NCBI GenBank assembly: GCA_937901745.1
Contig: CALGSZ010000096.1
Coordinates: 69,750-133,749, forward strand
From: an uncultured Chloroflexota bacterium
GTDB taxonomy: Bacteria; Chloroflexota; Chloroflexia; Thermomicrobiales; UBA6265
Direction: 5' to 3'
Length of the DNA: 64,000 bases
The translations under genes were made by a program, and so were the position numbers. The notes beneath the pieces were generated by a model, which saw only the letters and a list, made by a program, of their open reading frames with translations, was not told where the DNA came from and did not search any database. This document shows positions 41,080 through 50,216 of this stretch, one piece after another. Numbering within the stretch: the first letter of the stretch is position 1; each line of letters starts with the position of its first letter.

Positions 41080-42129
41080 TTACGGATTCGCGTCCAGGTA
41101 GGTGTCGTACGGCTCGATGCCGGCTAGCGCGTCGATCGTCCCGCCGAGGTTCGGGATCATCAGCTCCATGTTTTTGAGCATCATCCCGAGATAGGTGTGC
41201 TCCGGATCTCCCGGCTCGCCCGGCGGATCGTCGTCCCGCAAGCCATCGACGTAGACGGCGCCCGCCTCCTCCGCGATCTGCTCCAGCACCTTGCTCGGGA
41301 AGACCTCGGAGCCGAAGACGGCGGGCACGCCCTCTTCCTTGATCTGCTCGATGAGCCGCGCCACCTCCTGCGGCGACGGCTCGGAAAAGTCGGACGGCTG
41401 GACCGCGCCGATGACGGTCATCCCGTATCGCCGCGCAAAGTAAGCCCAGGAGTCGTGATAGGTGAGCAGCTTGCGCTGGTCGGGCGGGATCGTCTGCACC
41501 GCGTCCATGATGCCCTGATCCAGTCGCGAGAGGACGGCGACATAGCGATCGAGATTCTCAGCGTAGTAGTCGGCGTTGGCCGGATCGCGCTCGCTCAGCT
41601 TTTCGGCGATGAGCTCGGAATAGCGGATCGCGTAGGCGACGTTCGGCCAGAGGTGCGGGTTCGGATGCCCCTCCTCCTCGGGGAAGGAGAAGTCGTAGGC
41701 GTACTCCTCCGGCGTGATCGTCTTGTCGCCGAGGGAGTAGACCTCAGCGCCGTCCTTTAGGTTCGCCTCGGCAAGTTCGATCGTCGGGATCTCGAGGTCG
41801 AGCCCGTTGACGATGACCAAATCCGCCTGAGACAGGATGACGGCATCCGACGGCGCCGGCTCGAAGGTGTGGCTGTTGGTCCCGTCCGGCACGATGCCGC
41901 GCAGGTTGATACGCGTCCCTCCAACGTTCCGCACCATCGAGCTGATCGGGGCGACCGTCGAGGCGACGTTCAGCCGGCCGCTATCGTCGAAGTCATCGCT
42001 CCATCCCAGGCTCGAAGTCGGCGCCGTCGGCGTCGCATGCTGTGCTCGGACTGGATACCGCGTCAGCACCGCCGTCGCGGCCGCGAACCCAAGAACTTGG
42101 CGCCGATTCAGGCGAAACGTCTCCATCAA
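41080..42129 (-). CDS. znuA: Metal ABC transporter substrate-binding protein (ZnuA/TroA cluster 9)
   Basis: Signal peptide followed by TroA-like motifs (THSFEPAPSD, NPHLW, YHDSWAYF). The symbol is tentative. Confidence 0.8.
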   Translation of the reverse strand: MMETFRLNRRQVLGFAAATAVLTRYPVRAQHATPTAPTSSLGWSDDFDDSGRLNVASTVAPISSMVRNVGGTRINLRGIVPDGTNSHTFEPAPSDAVILSQADLVIVNGLDLEIPTIELAEANLKDGAEVYSLGDKTITPEEYAYDFSFPEEEGHPNPHLWPNVAYAIRYSELIAEKLSERDPANADYYAENLDRYVAVLSRLDQGIMDAVQTIPPDQRKLLTYHDSWAYFARRYGMTVIGAVQPSDFSEPSPQEVARLIEQIKEEGVPAVFGSEVFPSKVLEQIAEEAGAVYVDGLRDDDPPGEPGDPEHTYLGMMLKNMELMIPNLGGTIDALAGIEPYDTYLDANP

Positions 42130-42181
42130 CTGCTTGCTCCGAGTTCGTGCCTAGCTGTCACAGGAAACAGTATCGTGCGCA

Positions 42182-42199
42182 GATGCAAATACTCGCATC
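42182..42199. promoter_or_regulatory. Candidate Fur/Zur operator: imperfect palindrome GATGCaaatactcGCATC
   Basis: GATGC, 8 nt, then GCATC, in the 164-nt divergent intergenic region. A further direct TCGCATC copy lies at 42208..42214. Confidence 0.3.
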
Positions 42200-42293
42200 A
42201 GCACAAGTTCGCATCCTAGCCATGACGATGGCCTGAGTCAAGGTGATACCATCCATACAACTAACGTTCGACAGCTGGCGAGGGTAGCGAAGG

Positions 42294-42806
42294 GTGCCAA
42301 GCGATTCGTCCCATCTCAATAACCACCGAGGACCTGCCGGTGTTGGAACGCGCCCACGCGATGCCTGGCTCCCAGGACGCTCTGCCGACGAGTTAGCGGC
42401 CAGGCTCCGGGCAGCCGGCCAGCGCGTGACGCCGCAGCGGCTCCTGATCCTCGGAGCCTTCGCGCGGCCGGGTGAGCATCTGACGGCGGAGGAAGTGTAT
42501 GCCCGCGTCGGAGCGCTCGCTCCCGCAATCAACCGCTCGACGGTCTATCGCACCTTGGAGCTCTTCCGCGACCTGGGGCTGATTACCGAAACGGACCTCG
42601 GCGAGGGCGCTCGCCATTACGAGCTACTCGATGACGGGCGCCATCACCACCTGATCTGTCGCGACTGCGGCGGCATGCTCGTCCTGGACGACGAGATCGT
42701 CGCTCCCCTTCGCGCCGCGATCCAGGAGCGCTATGGGTTCGAGGTCACGATCGATCACCTCGCGCTTTTTGGCCGGTGCAAGGAGTGCCAGCGCGCCTCG
42801 TCCTGA
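42294..42806 (+). CDS. Fur family transcriptional regulator (Zur-like by context)
   Basis: LRAAGQRVTPQRLLILGAF, RSTVYRTLELF, HHHLICRDCG and GRCKECQ are Fur-family DNA-binding and Zn-site motifs. The N-terminal extension is long for the family, so the start is uncertain. Confidence 0.8.
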   Translation: MPSDSSHLNNHRGPAGVGTRPRDAWLPGRSADELAARLRAAGQRVTPQRLLILGAFARPGEHLTAEEVYARVGALAPAINRSTVYRTLELFRDLGLITETDLGEGARHYELLDDGRHHHLICRDCGGMLVLDDEIVAPLRAAIQERYGFEVTIDHLALFGRCKECQRASS

Positions 42807-42880
42807 CGCGCGGCCAATTCAAAGGGGAAGCCGGCGGCGACACTCGCGCCAATCGCCACCGGCTCAAAATTGGATGAACG

Positions 42881-45139
42881 CTATCCGTCGCTCGTTTCCG
42901 GCCCCTTCGAGAATTCGCGCAGGACGTTGCCTGTCACCCGCGAGACGTTGTTGTCGAAGTCGTTGACGGGCAGGCTCGCGACCCAAGTGATCGAGCCGAC
43001 GGAGAAGACCGCGCCGCCGTTCGGCGATTGAATGAGCGTCATATCGGCGCGCACGCGCGGCTCTTCCGTCCCGCCACGCCCGGGCAGGGTATCGTTCGAG
43101 TCCTCGATGACGAGCTGGTAGTAATCTGTGTGCCGCCCCTCGGTCGTAGCGAGGCGCAACGCCTCGGGGGGCGTGTTCAGGTCCAGATCGTACCGGTCGA
43201 TCTCATCGCCAGCCGCGCCACCGAGGATGAGCCCGAAGTCGCCAATGATCTCATCATCGCCGATGCCCTCGAAGACGAAGGCCGCGCGCGGATCGCGCGA
43301 ATCCGGGAGCCGGTAGTAGCCGGCCGCGCCGCCCCACCCTTCGGCGGTGAACCCGATGCCAACGAGCGCGTTCGGCCAGCGTCCGCGGTATCGCCAGAGA
43401 CCGCCCAGCTCACCGGTCAGGCTCAGGTAGCTCTCTCCGGGACGCGAGGTCCAGGAGCGCGTGCCGTTGATGCCCCGGCGAACTTCGATCAGGTGCGGGC
43501 GCGCGTTGTTGATCGCCGTCACCCAATAGAAGCCGTTGCCGCCCAGGTACATCAGCCGCCCGCCCTCGCTGAGATAGGCTTCCAGCGCGTCCAGCATCGG
43601 GCCGGTCCAGTATTCCGGGTGGCTGCCAGTGATCACGACACGATACGGCCGCAGCAGATCGGCGCCGTCAAAGTGCAGGTCTTCATCGGTCGCCACGTCA
43701 TAGGGGAAACCGCTCCGCTCGAGCCACTCGATGAGATAGAGATCGCCGGAGAAATGCCGGGGCTTGCCGGTCAACCAATTGAGGAACTGGGGCCGCATCG
43801 TGATGACCGGTCGCAGCCGGCTGGAGTAGCAGATGCCGCTCCCGTCCGGGTGCTCGTCGTAGACGGAGGAGCCAAGGTCGGGGCGGGAATCGAGGAAGTG
43901 CTCACGCTCGGTGATCTCAATCGGCTGATCGGTCGTCTTCGCGATCCAATCGGCGCCGGTCTCCATCCGGCGGTGGAGGCGCTCATTGCCGTAGGCCAGG
44001 TAGGTGTTGGTCGGCGCCAGGAAGAGGGACGGAGCGGTTGGGGCGCCGATGGGCCGGCGGACGTAGAACGGGACGTACTCGACCGACGTCTCCGTCGTCA
44101 GCCGCGCCGCGTAGACGCCGGACGGCAGATCCTCTGGCACCGGGATCTCGAAATCGGGCGACCAACCGGCATCCTCCAGATCGTCCTCATGGAAGTGAAT
44201 GGCGCCGTACATGTGCGGCACGGTGAGGAAGGAGACATCGGTCCCGTCCCAGTTTGCGCCGGTCACGCCGCGCGTCGGCTGGTTGACCGCCGTTCCGCTG
44301 AGCGCGTTTGGCGAGCGGTCATGGATCGCCGTGCCGCTGAAGTCGCGCGCGAAATCCCAGGCCGCCACCAGCGCGTCGGGCAACGCCAGGGGATCGGAGC
44401 CGCCGAAGAGCGCCAGCAACTCATCCGGACGAAGGGCGCGACCCCAGATCCGTGGCCGGTCGATCTTGCCGTTGAAGCAGGATCGGGGTGCGTGGCGTCC
44501 GTCACCGAGCGGCGCTAACCAACCCGCCCCGATCAAGAGGGGCAAATCGAGGTTGGGCAGCGAAAGGGGCTCGCCGGACTCGCTCGCTTCTCTGCCTTCC
44601 TCGGGGAGCCAGGAGCGAGCGAGCTTTCGCCAGACCAGGCGCGCCTCTCCCGTCGCGGCGTCGTAGGTCGCGCCGATCGCGTACCAGAGCCAGCAGTCCA
44701 GCGGCCTGTCTGAGCGGATCACGCGCCGGCGGCCGCTGCCATCGCCGACTTGGAGCCGCAGCCGGCCATCGGACTCGATCCCAAGCGCGAAACCGGCTCC
44801 CGCCGCTTCATCCCACCGGGCGATGATCTCTTGCGGACCACGACCACCTACGAGCGTCGGACAGATCCAGGCTTGGATCGCCAGGCCTCGCTCGAACCGC
44901 ATCGTCTCGCTGCTCGGCACCAGCACGTAGGAACCGATCCCGATTCCCTGCTCGCGTCCCGACCGGCGGCCGGCAATCGCGCTCGGGACGACCGTGTCCC
45001 GTTCGAGTTCCGGGATGGTGAACGCCCGGTCGAACCGGATGAGATCCACCTGGTAACTGTCAGCCTGACAGCTGACCATGACTTGTAGCCGCTGGCCGGG
45101 AATGACGCTCAACCGATCGGTGTAGCCCAGGATATCCAT
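42881..45139 (-). CDS. N,N-dimethylformamidase beta-subunit-like / LamG domain protein
   Basis: The ATG at 45139 is preceded by GGAAGGAATCGAGGGGA. LamG-type segment (FNGKIDRPRIWGRAL) and a C-terminal block (GSHPEYWTGPMLDALEAYLSEGGRLMYLGGNGFYW) recalled from this family. Confidence 0.55.
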   Translation of the reverse strand: MDILGYTDRLSVIPGQRLQVMVSCQADSYQVDLIRFDRAFTIPELERDTVVPSAIAGRRSGREQGIGIGSYVLVPSSETMRFERGLAIQAWICPTLVGGRGPQEIIARWDEAAGAGFALGIESDGRLRLQVGDGSGRRRVIRSDRPLDCWLWYAIGATYDAATGEARLVWRKLARSWLPEEGREASESGEPLSLPNLDLPLLIGAGWLAPLGDGRHAPRSCFNGKIDRPRIWGRALRPDELLALFGGSDPLALPDALVAAWDFARDFSGTAIHDRSPNALSGTAVNQPTRGVTGANWDGTDVSFLTVPHMYGAIHFHEDDLEDAGWSPDFEIPVPEDLPSGVYAARLTTETSVEYVPFYVRRPIGAPTAPSLFLAPTNTYLAYGNERLHRRMETGADWIAKTTDQPIEITEREHFLDSRPDLGSSVYDEHPDGSGICYSSRLRPVITMRPQFLNWLTGKPRHFSGDLYLIEWLERSGFPYDVATDEDLHFDGADLLRPYRVVITGSHPEYWTGPMLDALEAYLSEGGRLMYLGGNGFYWVTAINNARPHLIEVRRGINGTRSWTSRPGESYLSLTGELGGLWRYRGRWPNALVGIGFTAEGWGGAAGYYRLPDSRDPRAAFVFEGIGDDEIIGDFGLILGGAAGDEIDRYDLDLNTPPEALRLATTEGRHTDYYQLVIEDSNDTLPGRGGTEEPRVRADMTLIQSPNGGAVFSVGSITWVASLPVNDFDNNVSRVTGNVLREFSKGPETSDG

Positions 45140-45352
45140 TCCCCTCGATTCCTTCCGCGCTGTCTCGGGACTTCCGCTTGGCTGCGGATAGGTACGCCCT
45201 GGATCGCATGCCGTCAATAGCTAAAGTGACCGCGGGGCACGAATCGTGCATGAGAGCGCGAATTCGGAATCGGTGTGCCGTCGCTCGCGCCCTCGCGGCC
45301 AACGTCGTGAGGGAGCTGGAGCGCGCCGCCCGCCATGCGTACGGAGGGAATC

Positions 45353-45730
45353 ATGCAGATCGCATCGGCCCTGCGACGGCTCGGTGAGAGCCAGCAGGGC
45401 AGCGCCGAGGTCGCGCAAGGGAATTACCGGCTGACAGCCGCGCCGCTCTCGCGGTCGCTCGGCGAAGTTCAGTTCATCATCTGGGAAGAGCGAGGGATTG
45501 GGTGGGTGCCGATTCTCGTCGGGCGCACCTTCAACGACCAAATCAGCATTACCTACTGCCGGCCTCCCGCGAGCGAGGACGAGGCGGAGTCGCTGATCCG
45601 GATCGTGTTGGCTGGACGCCCGCTACCGGCGGCGGATGATCCCGAACGGGAAACCGCAAGACCCTCCCGCCGACCGATAGAGCAGACGTGGCTCGGGGAG
45701 CGTCCCGCGCTCCTTGCCGGGAAGCAGTAG
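45353..45730 (+). CDS. Hypothetical protein
   Basis: The ATG at 45353 lies 5 nt after GGAGGGA. Its composition is less Arg/Ala-skewed than the overlapping antisense ORF. No family recognised. Confidence 0.45.
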   Translation: MQIASALRRLGESQQGSAEVAQGNYRLTAAPLSRSLGEVQFIIWEERGIGWVPILVGRTFNDQISITYCRPPASEDEAESLIRIVLAGRPLPAADDPERETARPSRRPIEQTWLGERPALLAGKQ

Positions 45731-45816
45731 AGCGCACTGCCGGCATCGCACGCTAAGCCGCGATCGAGACAGACCGGGAATAGCGCAACCTGCGTTCAGG
45801 ACGGAGTCCAGTCGGA

Positions 45817-46410
45817 TCAGTCTCGCTGAACGATTCGCAAGAGATCCGCCTCGTGCACGCCGCAGAATCGGTCGGATTTGCGGTCGGTCTCCTCGAGCGT
45901 GTTCGAGAAGTGCATGACGCAGATCGAGTTGGGGCAGTGGCTTAGACCGTAGGCATGCCCGAGCTCGTGGATCGCTTCTTTCGCTGCACGCTCGAGGAAG
46001 CGGCGTTGATCTGGCGGCCGGCCCCAGAACTCCGGCCTCAGTCGAGCGAGCGCAACGACCGCGACCCTCCCGCCAACGTGGGCCTGACCGAAGATGAAGT
46101 TGAGCCCCGGTTCGTAGAGATCGAGGTCGGCGACGCCGAGAACTCGCTCGGCGCGCGTGGGCAGCTCATCCAATCGAGCCAGGATCGGCTCAGCGCGGTA
46201 CTGGCGACGAGCCGGATCGTAGGCATCCTCAGGAGGCATCAGGGAGTGCGAAGCCAGGCGCGCCACGCTGCGCGGAAACCGCGCCTCAATCGCCTGGAGT
46301 AAGTGATCGAGCACCTCGTCCGGCACCGTGCCGACCGGCACAAGCTCGACGACCTGCCGTCCGCCCGACATCATTCGACCGTCAGCGTCGTTGCCAGCCG
46401 CCGTGCTCAC
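45817..46410 (-). CDS. Archaemetzincin-like zinc metallopeptidase (M54 family)
   Basis: HELGHAYGLSHCPNSICVMHF matches the archaemetzincin signature HExxHxxGx3Cx4CxM. The start is either the GTG at 46410, overlapping the upstream stop (GTGA), or the internal MMSGG. Confidence 0.7.
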   Translation of the reverse strand: MSTAAGNDADGRMMSGGRQVVELVPVGTVPDEVLDHLLQAIEARFPRSVARLASHSLMPPEDAYDPARRQYRAEPILARLDELPTRAERVLGVADLDLYEPGLNFIFGQAHVGGRVAVVALARLRPEFWGRPPDQRRFLERAAKEAIHELGHAYGLSHCPNSICVMHFSNTLEETDRKSDRFCGVHEADLLRIVQRD

Positions 46411-46763
46411 GGGAAGGTGCGTTCATCGGCCTGAGCGTCCGCCAGTTGTCGCGGTGGCAGCGGCTCAGCGACGACCTCGACGTCATCGAGACAGGTTTGC
46501 TGGTTGAAGACATTCTCCGCTGTGTGCCAAGGACCGGACTCCAGCCGGAGATCGCCCAGCTCGTCCAGATTGAGACACCGCCACTCCCCGCCAGGCGGCA
46601 GGCCAGAGCGGCTCCCACCCGCGAATTGGTAGACCAAGACGTGGTAGGTGCCCCGCTTGGTTCCGAGCGCGTGCGGGCTGAAAACGCGCTCTTCTCCATG
46701 ATAACGAGCGACGACTCGCTTTCGCGTGCGGATCGCTTCGGCCAGTACCTCGTAGGTGTCCAT
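46407..46763 (-). CDS. Small WYL-like domain protein
   Basis: 118 aa. VVARYHGEERVFSPHALGTKRGTYHVLVYQFAGGSRSGLPPGGEWRCLNLDEL follows the WYL/SH3-barrel pattern (Y.g..R...P..lg...g.....yq..G.S.sG....WR.f.l). Confidence 0.45.
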   Translation of the reverse strand: MDTYEVLAEAIRTRKRVVARYHGEERVFSPHALGTKRGTYHVLVYQFAGGSRSGLPPGGEWRCLNLDELGDLRLESGPWHTAENVFNQQTCLDDVEVVAEPLPPRQLADAQADERTFP

Positions 46764-46968
46764 CGGTCAGTGTGCCTCCGTCGCGATCGGGGAGCCTGGC
46801 ATCGATGATTGGCGCTATCCCGCTCACCGCATACGGCGTTCCATCAAGTTCTGCCGATGCTCCTGATGCGGAGGAGACAGCCTCGTTTCCTCGTGCAAGC
46901 TGGAAACGACGCGGATTCCACGGCGAGATGCTGGCACGATCTTCGGATCGGCCGAGATGCGACTAGGT

Positions 46969-47367
46969 CTATTTCGACGTGGAGAGGGCGCGAAGCCAAC
47001 CGAAGATGATGCCAATCTCGGCGACGGCATCGAGGAGGTAGATCGGCGAGATGCGCCGGCGCGCGACATAGACGACATCAATGGCCGCGAGCGACGCCGC
47101 GCTGCCCGCTCCGAGCACGGCCATCTCCGGTGTCATCCGCTGCCGCCGCGCCGCCCCGAGGAGCGTGATGCCGACAACGGTGATGAGCGCTCCCACCGTC
47201 TTGACGAGCCAGCGGTCGGTCTTGGGACCGGTAATCGCCTCGAAGCTGCGAATGTGGAGAATCGGCCATATTCCGGTCGGGAGGTAGAAGAGTCCCTGGA
47301 GCCACGCCATGCGCTCTAGAGCATCAATCCCCGGTTGCCGGCTCCGGGCGCCATTACCGTCTTGCAT
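46969..47367 (-). CDS. Small integral membrane protein, unknown family
   Basis: Three to four predicted TM helices (WLQGLFYLPTGIWPIL, LVKTVGALITVVGITLLGA, AVLGAGSAASLAAIDVVYV, LLDAVAEIGIIFGWL). The start may be the internal M20. Confidence 0.55.
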   Translation of the reverse strand: MQDGNGARSRQPGIDALERMAWLQGLFYLPTGIWPILHIRSFEAITGPKTDRWLVKTVGALITVVGITLLGAARRQRMTPEMAVLGAGSAASLAAIDVVYVARRRISPIYLLDAVAEIGIIFGWLRALSTSK

Positions 47368-47438
47368 CCGATCTCCCTCTCAACACCGAATGTGACCGGG
47401 CGCGCAACGTCGGCGACCGGTGGCCGATCCAGGACGCA

Positions 47439-47669
47439 TCAGCCCGCGCCAGACTCCGGTTTCTGATGCCGGTCCGCCGGCCCTTTCGGCTCGGACCGGC
47501 TGACGTTCTCACCAGGAGGGATATCGAATCCCTCTTCAACGTCCGACCGCTCGTGTTCTTCCACCTCATCGGCTGGAGGGACGGGATTGCGTCGGCGGTC
47601 GGCATTCGCCCAGCCCGCTTGCGATGCCTCGCCGCGCTCCTCGTCGGACAGGATCGGCTTCTCGCTCAT
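47439..47669 (-). CDS. Small acidic hypothetical protein
   Basis: The ATG at 47669 is preceded by GGAGG. 76 aa, E/D-rich, no recognisable domain. Confidence 0.4.
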   Translation of the reverse strand: MSEKPILSDEERGEASQAGWANADRRRNPVPPADEVEEHERSDVEEGFDIPPGENVSRSEPKGPADRHQKPESGAG

Positions 47670-47739
47670 GATGACCTCCAGCCGCCGCCACACAAGTGGC
47701 AGGCGCTTCGTGTGCGCCGTCAGCTGCCGACGCGTAGCA

Positions 47740-49209
47740 TTAGCGAACCGTCGAAGGGAGGATGCCCAGCTCGGCTCGGTACTTGGCGACCGTCCGTCGC
47801 GCGATGCGATATCCGCGCTGCAGGAGCAGCTCGCGGATGCGCATGTCCGAGAGTGGCTTCCCGTTCTGCGATTCCGTCTCGATGATCTCCTTGATCACGT
47901 CCTTGACACTGAGCGACGGGGTAAAGAAGTCGCTGAACGGGATGACCTTCCGGTTGGGGAGCATCACGTACTTGTTCGCGGTCGCCCGGCTGACGGTCGA
48001 TTCGTGCACGCCAACCTGCTGAGCGACCTGCGAGCGGGTCAGCGGCCGCAGCTCGCGAACGCCCTCCCGCAGGAAATCCTCTTGAAGCTCGCAGATGCAG
48101 GTGCTGATCTTCAGGAGGGTTTCACGCCGCTGCTGGATCTTGCTGATGAACTGCTTTGCTCGGGAGACGGCCTCGCGGATGTGGTCGCGGTCGGATTCCG
48201 AGGTCTGGGCCATGACCTCCGCCGTCTCGGCCTCGCTCGCCGTCCGAGCCCGGCGGCGTAACCGCTGCGCCAGTCCGTCGTAGAGCGGGTTGACGCGCAG
48301 GTCCGCCCGCGAGCTGCCGGCGACCTCGACTTTGAACTCGCCGTCGACGATCGAGATGATCACGTCCGGCGAGACATACGGCGTGCGGGCCGGACTCTGC
48401 CACGTCTTCCACCGCTGCTGCTGCAACGGATGCGGGCTGAGGTAAGTCTGGATGAACTCGTGCGCCTCGCCGATCTCTTCCGGCGTGACGCGCAGCCGCC
48501 GAGCGATCTGCTGGTAGCGGTGATTGCCGAGCTCCGTCAGGTGATCTTCGACGATCTCCTCGACCAGCGCCGGCACTTCGACGCCAGTCTCGCGCAAGTA
48601 GTCGATCTGCAGGAGCAGGCTCTCGCGCAGGTCGCGAGCCGCGACGCCCGGCGGCGCGATCGCCTGAATCGTCGTCAGGATCCGCTCGACGTCCTCGATC
48701 GGGCGATTTGCCATCGCCGCGACTTCGGCGAGGTCGATGCTGAGCAGACCGCGCTCATCGATTGCGTCAATGAGTAGCTCCGCGACCCCGTGATCAGCCG
48801 GGTCGAGAATCGTCCGCGAATCGGCAAGGAGCTGCTCGGGAAGATCCAGCTCCGTCGCGATGAACGCGACCTCGTCGAAATCCTCCTCCGAGTCGCGCGG
48901 CTGGCGGATCGTGTCAATGCGGTCGAAGATCTCGTCGTCCGAATCGGATGGTGGCGCGGCGTTATGGTCGGTGAGGCAAGTCGCGCAGTAGCCACTTTCC
49001 ATTGGGCCGCCGCAGAGCGGGCAGAGTGTCCGTTCCTCCACTTCCAGCGCGGGGTTGGACATCAACTCCGCGGCGATCACCGTTTCTAGCTCTTGCGAGG
49101 AGAGATTGAGCAGGTAATTCGCCTCGATAAGGCGAGGCAGATTGCGCTGCCGTTGCTCTTGAATCTGATCAAAATCGAGTTCCATCGCCACCATGAGGGG
49201 CTCCATCAC
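47740..49209 (-). CDS. rpoN: RNA polymerase sigma-54 factor
   Basis: C-terminal RpoN box (ARRTVAKYRAELGI), the HTH region (QVAQQVGVHESTVSRATANKYV) and a core-binding region. The N-terminal region contains an unusual CPLCx8CATC insert. Confidence 0.9.
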   Translation of the reverse strand: MMEPLMVAMELDFDQIQEQRQRNLPRLIEANYLLNLSSQELETVIAAELMSNPALEVEERTLCPLCGGPMESGYCATCLTDHNAAPPSDSDDEIFDRIDTIRQPRDSEEDFDEVAFIATELDLPEQLLADSRTILDPADHGVAELLIDAIDERGLLSIDLAEVAAMANRPIEDVERILTTIQAIAPPGVAARDLRESLLLQIDYLRETGVEVPALVEEIVEDHLTELGNHRYQQIARRLRVTPEEIGEAHEFIQTYLSPHPLQQQRWKTWQSPARTPYVSPDVIISIVDGEFKVEVAGSSRADLRVNPLYDGLAQRLRRRARTASEAETAEVMAQTSESDRDHIREAVSRAKQFISKIQQRRETLLKISTCICELQEDFLREGVRELRPLTRSQVAQQVGVHESTVSRATANKYVMLPNRKVIPFSDFFTPSLSVKDVIKEIIETESQNGKPLSDMRIRELLLQRGYRIARRTVAKYRAELGILPSTVR

Positions 49210-49424
49210 TAGGCGCTGCCATTCGCCTGCACGAGGCTAGGCGGACGCGGTGGCGCCAGCCACCATCTAAGGCTCGACTGTCGCTCGCGATCATCGCCGT
49301 GGACATCGCCAGTGACGCAAAACCCATTCCATGCATGAACCATGCCATGCTCGCCGTGCTATTTCCATTCGCAAGAATCGTGCCAACGTAGTGGTCCACC
49401 ACTCGGTCTAGGTAGCATAGACGA

Positions 49425-49453
49425 CAAAAACCGCGCCGGGAATCCGGCGCGGT
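49425..49453 (-). terminator. Rho-independent terminator of the ferritin-like gene
   Basis: On the minus strand: ACCGCGCCGG, loop ATTC, CCGGCGCGGT, then TTTTTG. It sits 31 nt after the stop at 49484. Confidence 0.8.
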
Positions 49454-49483
49454 CTAGTAAGACGGAAGTTGTGAAAGGCGCGA

Positions 49484-50128
49484 CTACGCGCGCATCGTAC
49501 CGGATGATGAGCTGTCCTGGGCAGTCGCCTTCCAAGCGGCATCGGCCATCTTGCGCGTCGCGTCAGCCGCGCCGGCGGCGACCTTGTGATCGTCCTTCGC
49601 CAACTCGTTGACGACGACATCCTCGATGATGTGGTTGATGCGCTGGATCATGCCGGCGTAGCCACGCAGATGCTGCTCAGCCACGCCCGCGAGCCGAGCG
49701 TCACCTAGGGCGGTCGCGGTCGTGTGTAGCATCGTGTAACCGATCGCCGCCAGGTTGAACGCCGTGTAGTCGTCCCGTAGCGCCTTCGAGTTCCCCTCGG
49801 CGCGCATCATGTCGATGATGCCAGCCGCCTTCCCAAGGAGCGCCGCACCTGCTTCCTTGATCGGGCTGCCTGCCGTTCCGCCGTACTGCTCTTGCAACGC
49901 CTTGAGCGCGTCGCGCTGCCGCTTGACGGTGTCGTGGAAGCTGCGCACGGCCTCGACCGCGATGGCATCGTCCTTGACCTGGCTAAGCTGGCGGTCAAGC
50001 GCCTCCTCGATGTGGCTCTCGAGCGCGACCATGTCGCCGAGCCAGTCAGCAAGCGTCTTCTTGCTCTTGTCGTCGAGTCCGCCGACCATCCCCGTCGGCT
50101 CCATCTCCTGCTGCCCAAGCTCGCTCAT
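49484..50128 (-). CDS. Ferritin-like/DUF892-like four-helix-bundle protein (tentative)
   Basis: The ATG at 50128 is preceded by GGAAAGGACGGAG. Helical repeats with E/H/D spacing (LESHIEEALDRQ..., HLRGYAGMIQRINHIIED). The family assignment is weak. Confidence 0.5.
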   Translation of the reverse strand: MSELGQQEMEPTGMVGGLDDKSKKTLADWLGDMVALESHIEEALDRQLSQVKDDAIAVEAVRSFHDTVKRQRDALKALQEQYGGTAGSPIKEAGAALLGKAAGIIDMMRAEGNSKALRDDYTAFNLAAIGYTMLHTTATALGDARLAGVAEQHLRGYAGMIQRINHIIEDVVVNELAKDDHKVAAGAADATRKMADAAWKATAQDSSSSGTMRA

Positions 50129-50197
50129 CGTCGCTCCGTCCTTTCCGTTCCAGACGCGCGCTGGATATGCGGGACCAAACATGTCCCTTCACTAGCC

Positions 50198-50216
50198 TTG
50201 GCACACGGCGTGCCAA
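50198..50216. promoter_or_regulatory. Sigma-54 -24/-12-type element that is a perfect palindrome: TTGGCAC, N5, GTGCCAA
   Basis: Either strand reads TGGCAC-N5-GTGC, giving GG-N10-GC spacing. On the minus strand the -12 GC sits about 70 nt upstream of the ferritin-like ATG (50128). On the plus strand it points at the activator gene (50548). Confidence 0.55.
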
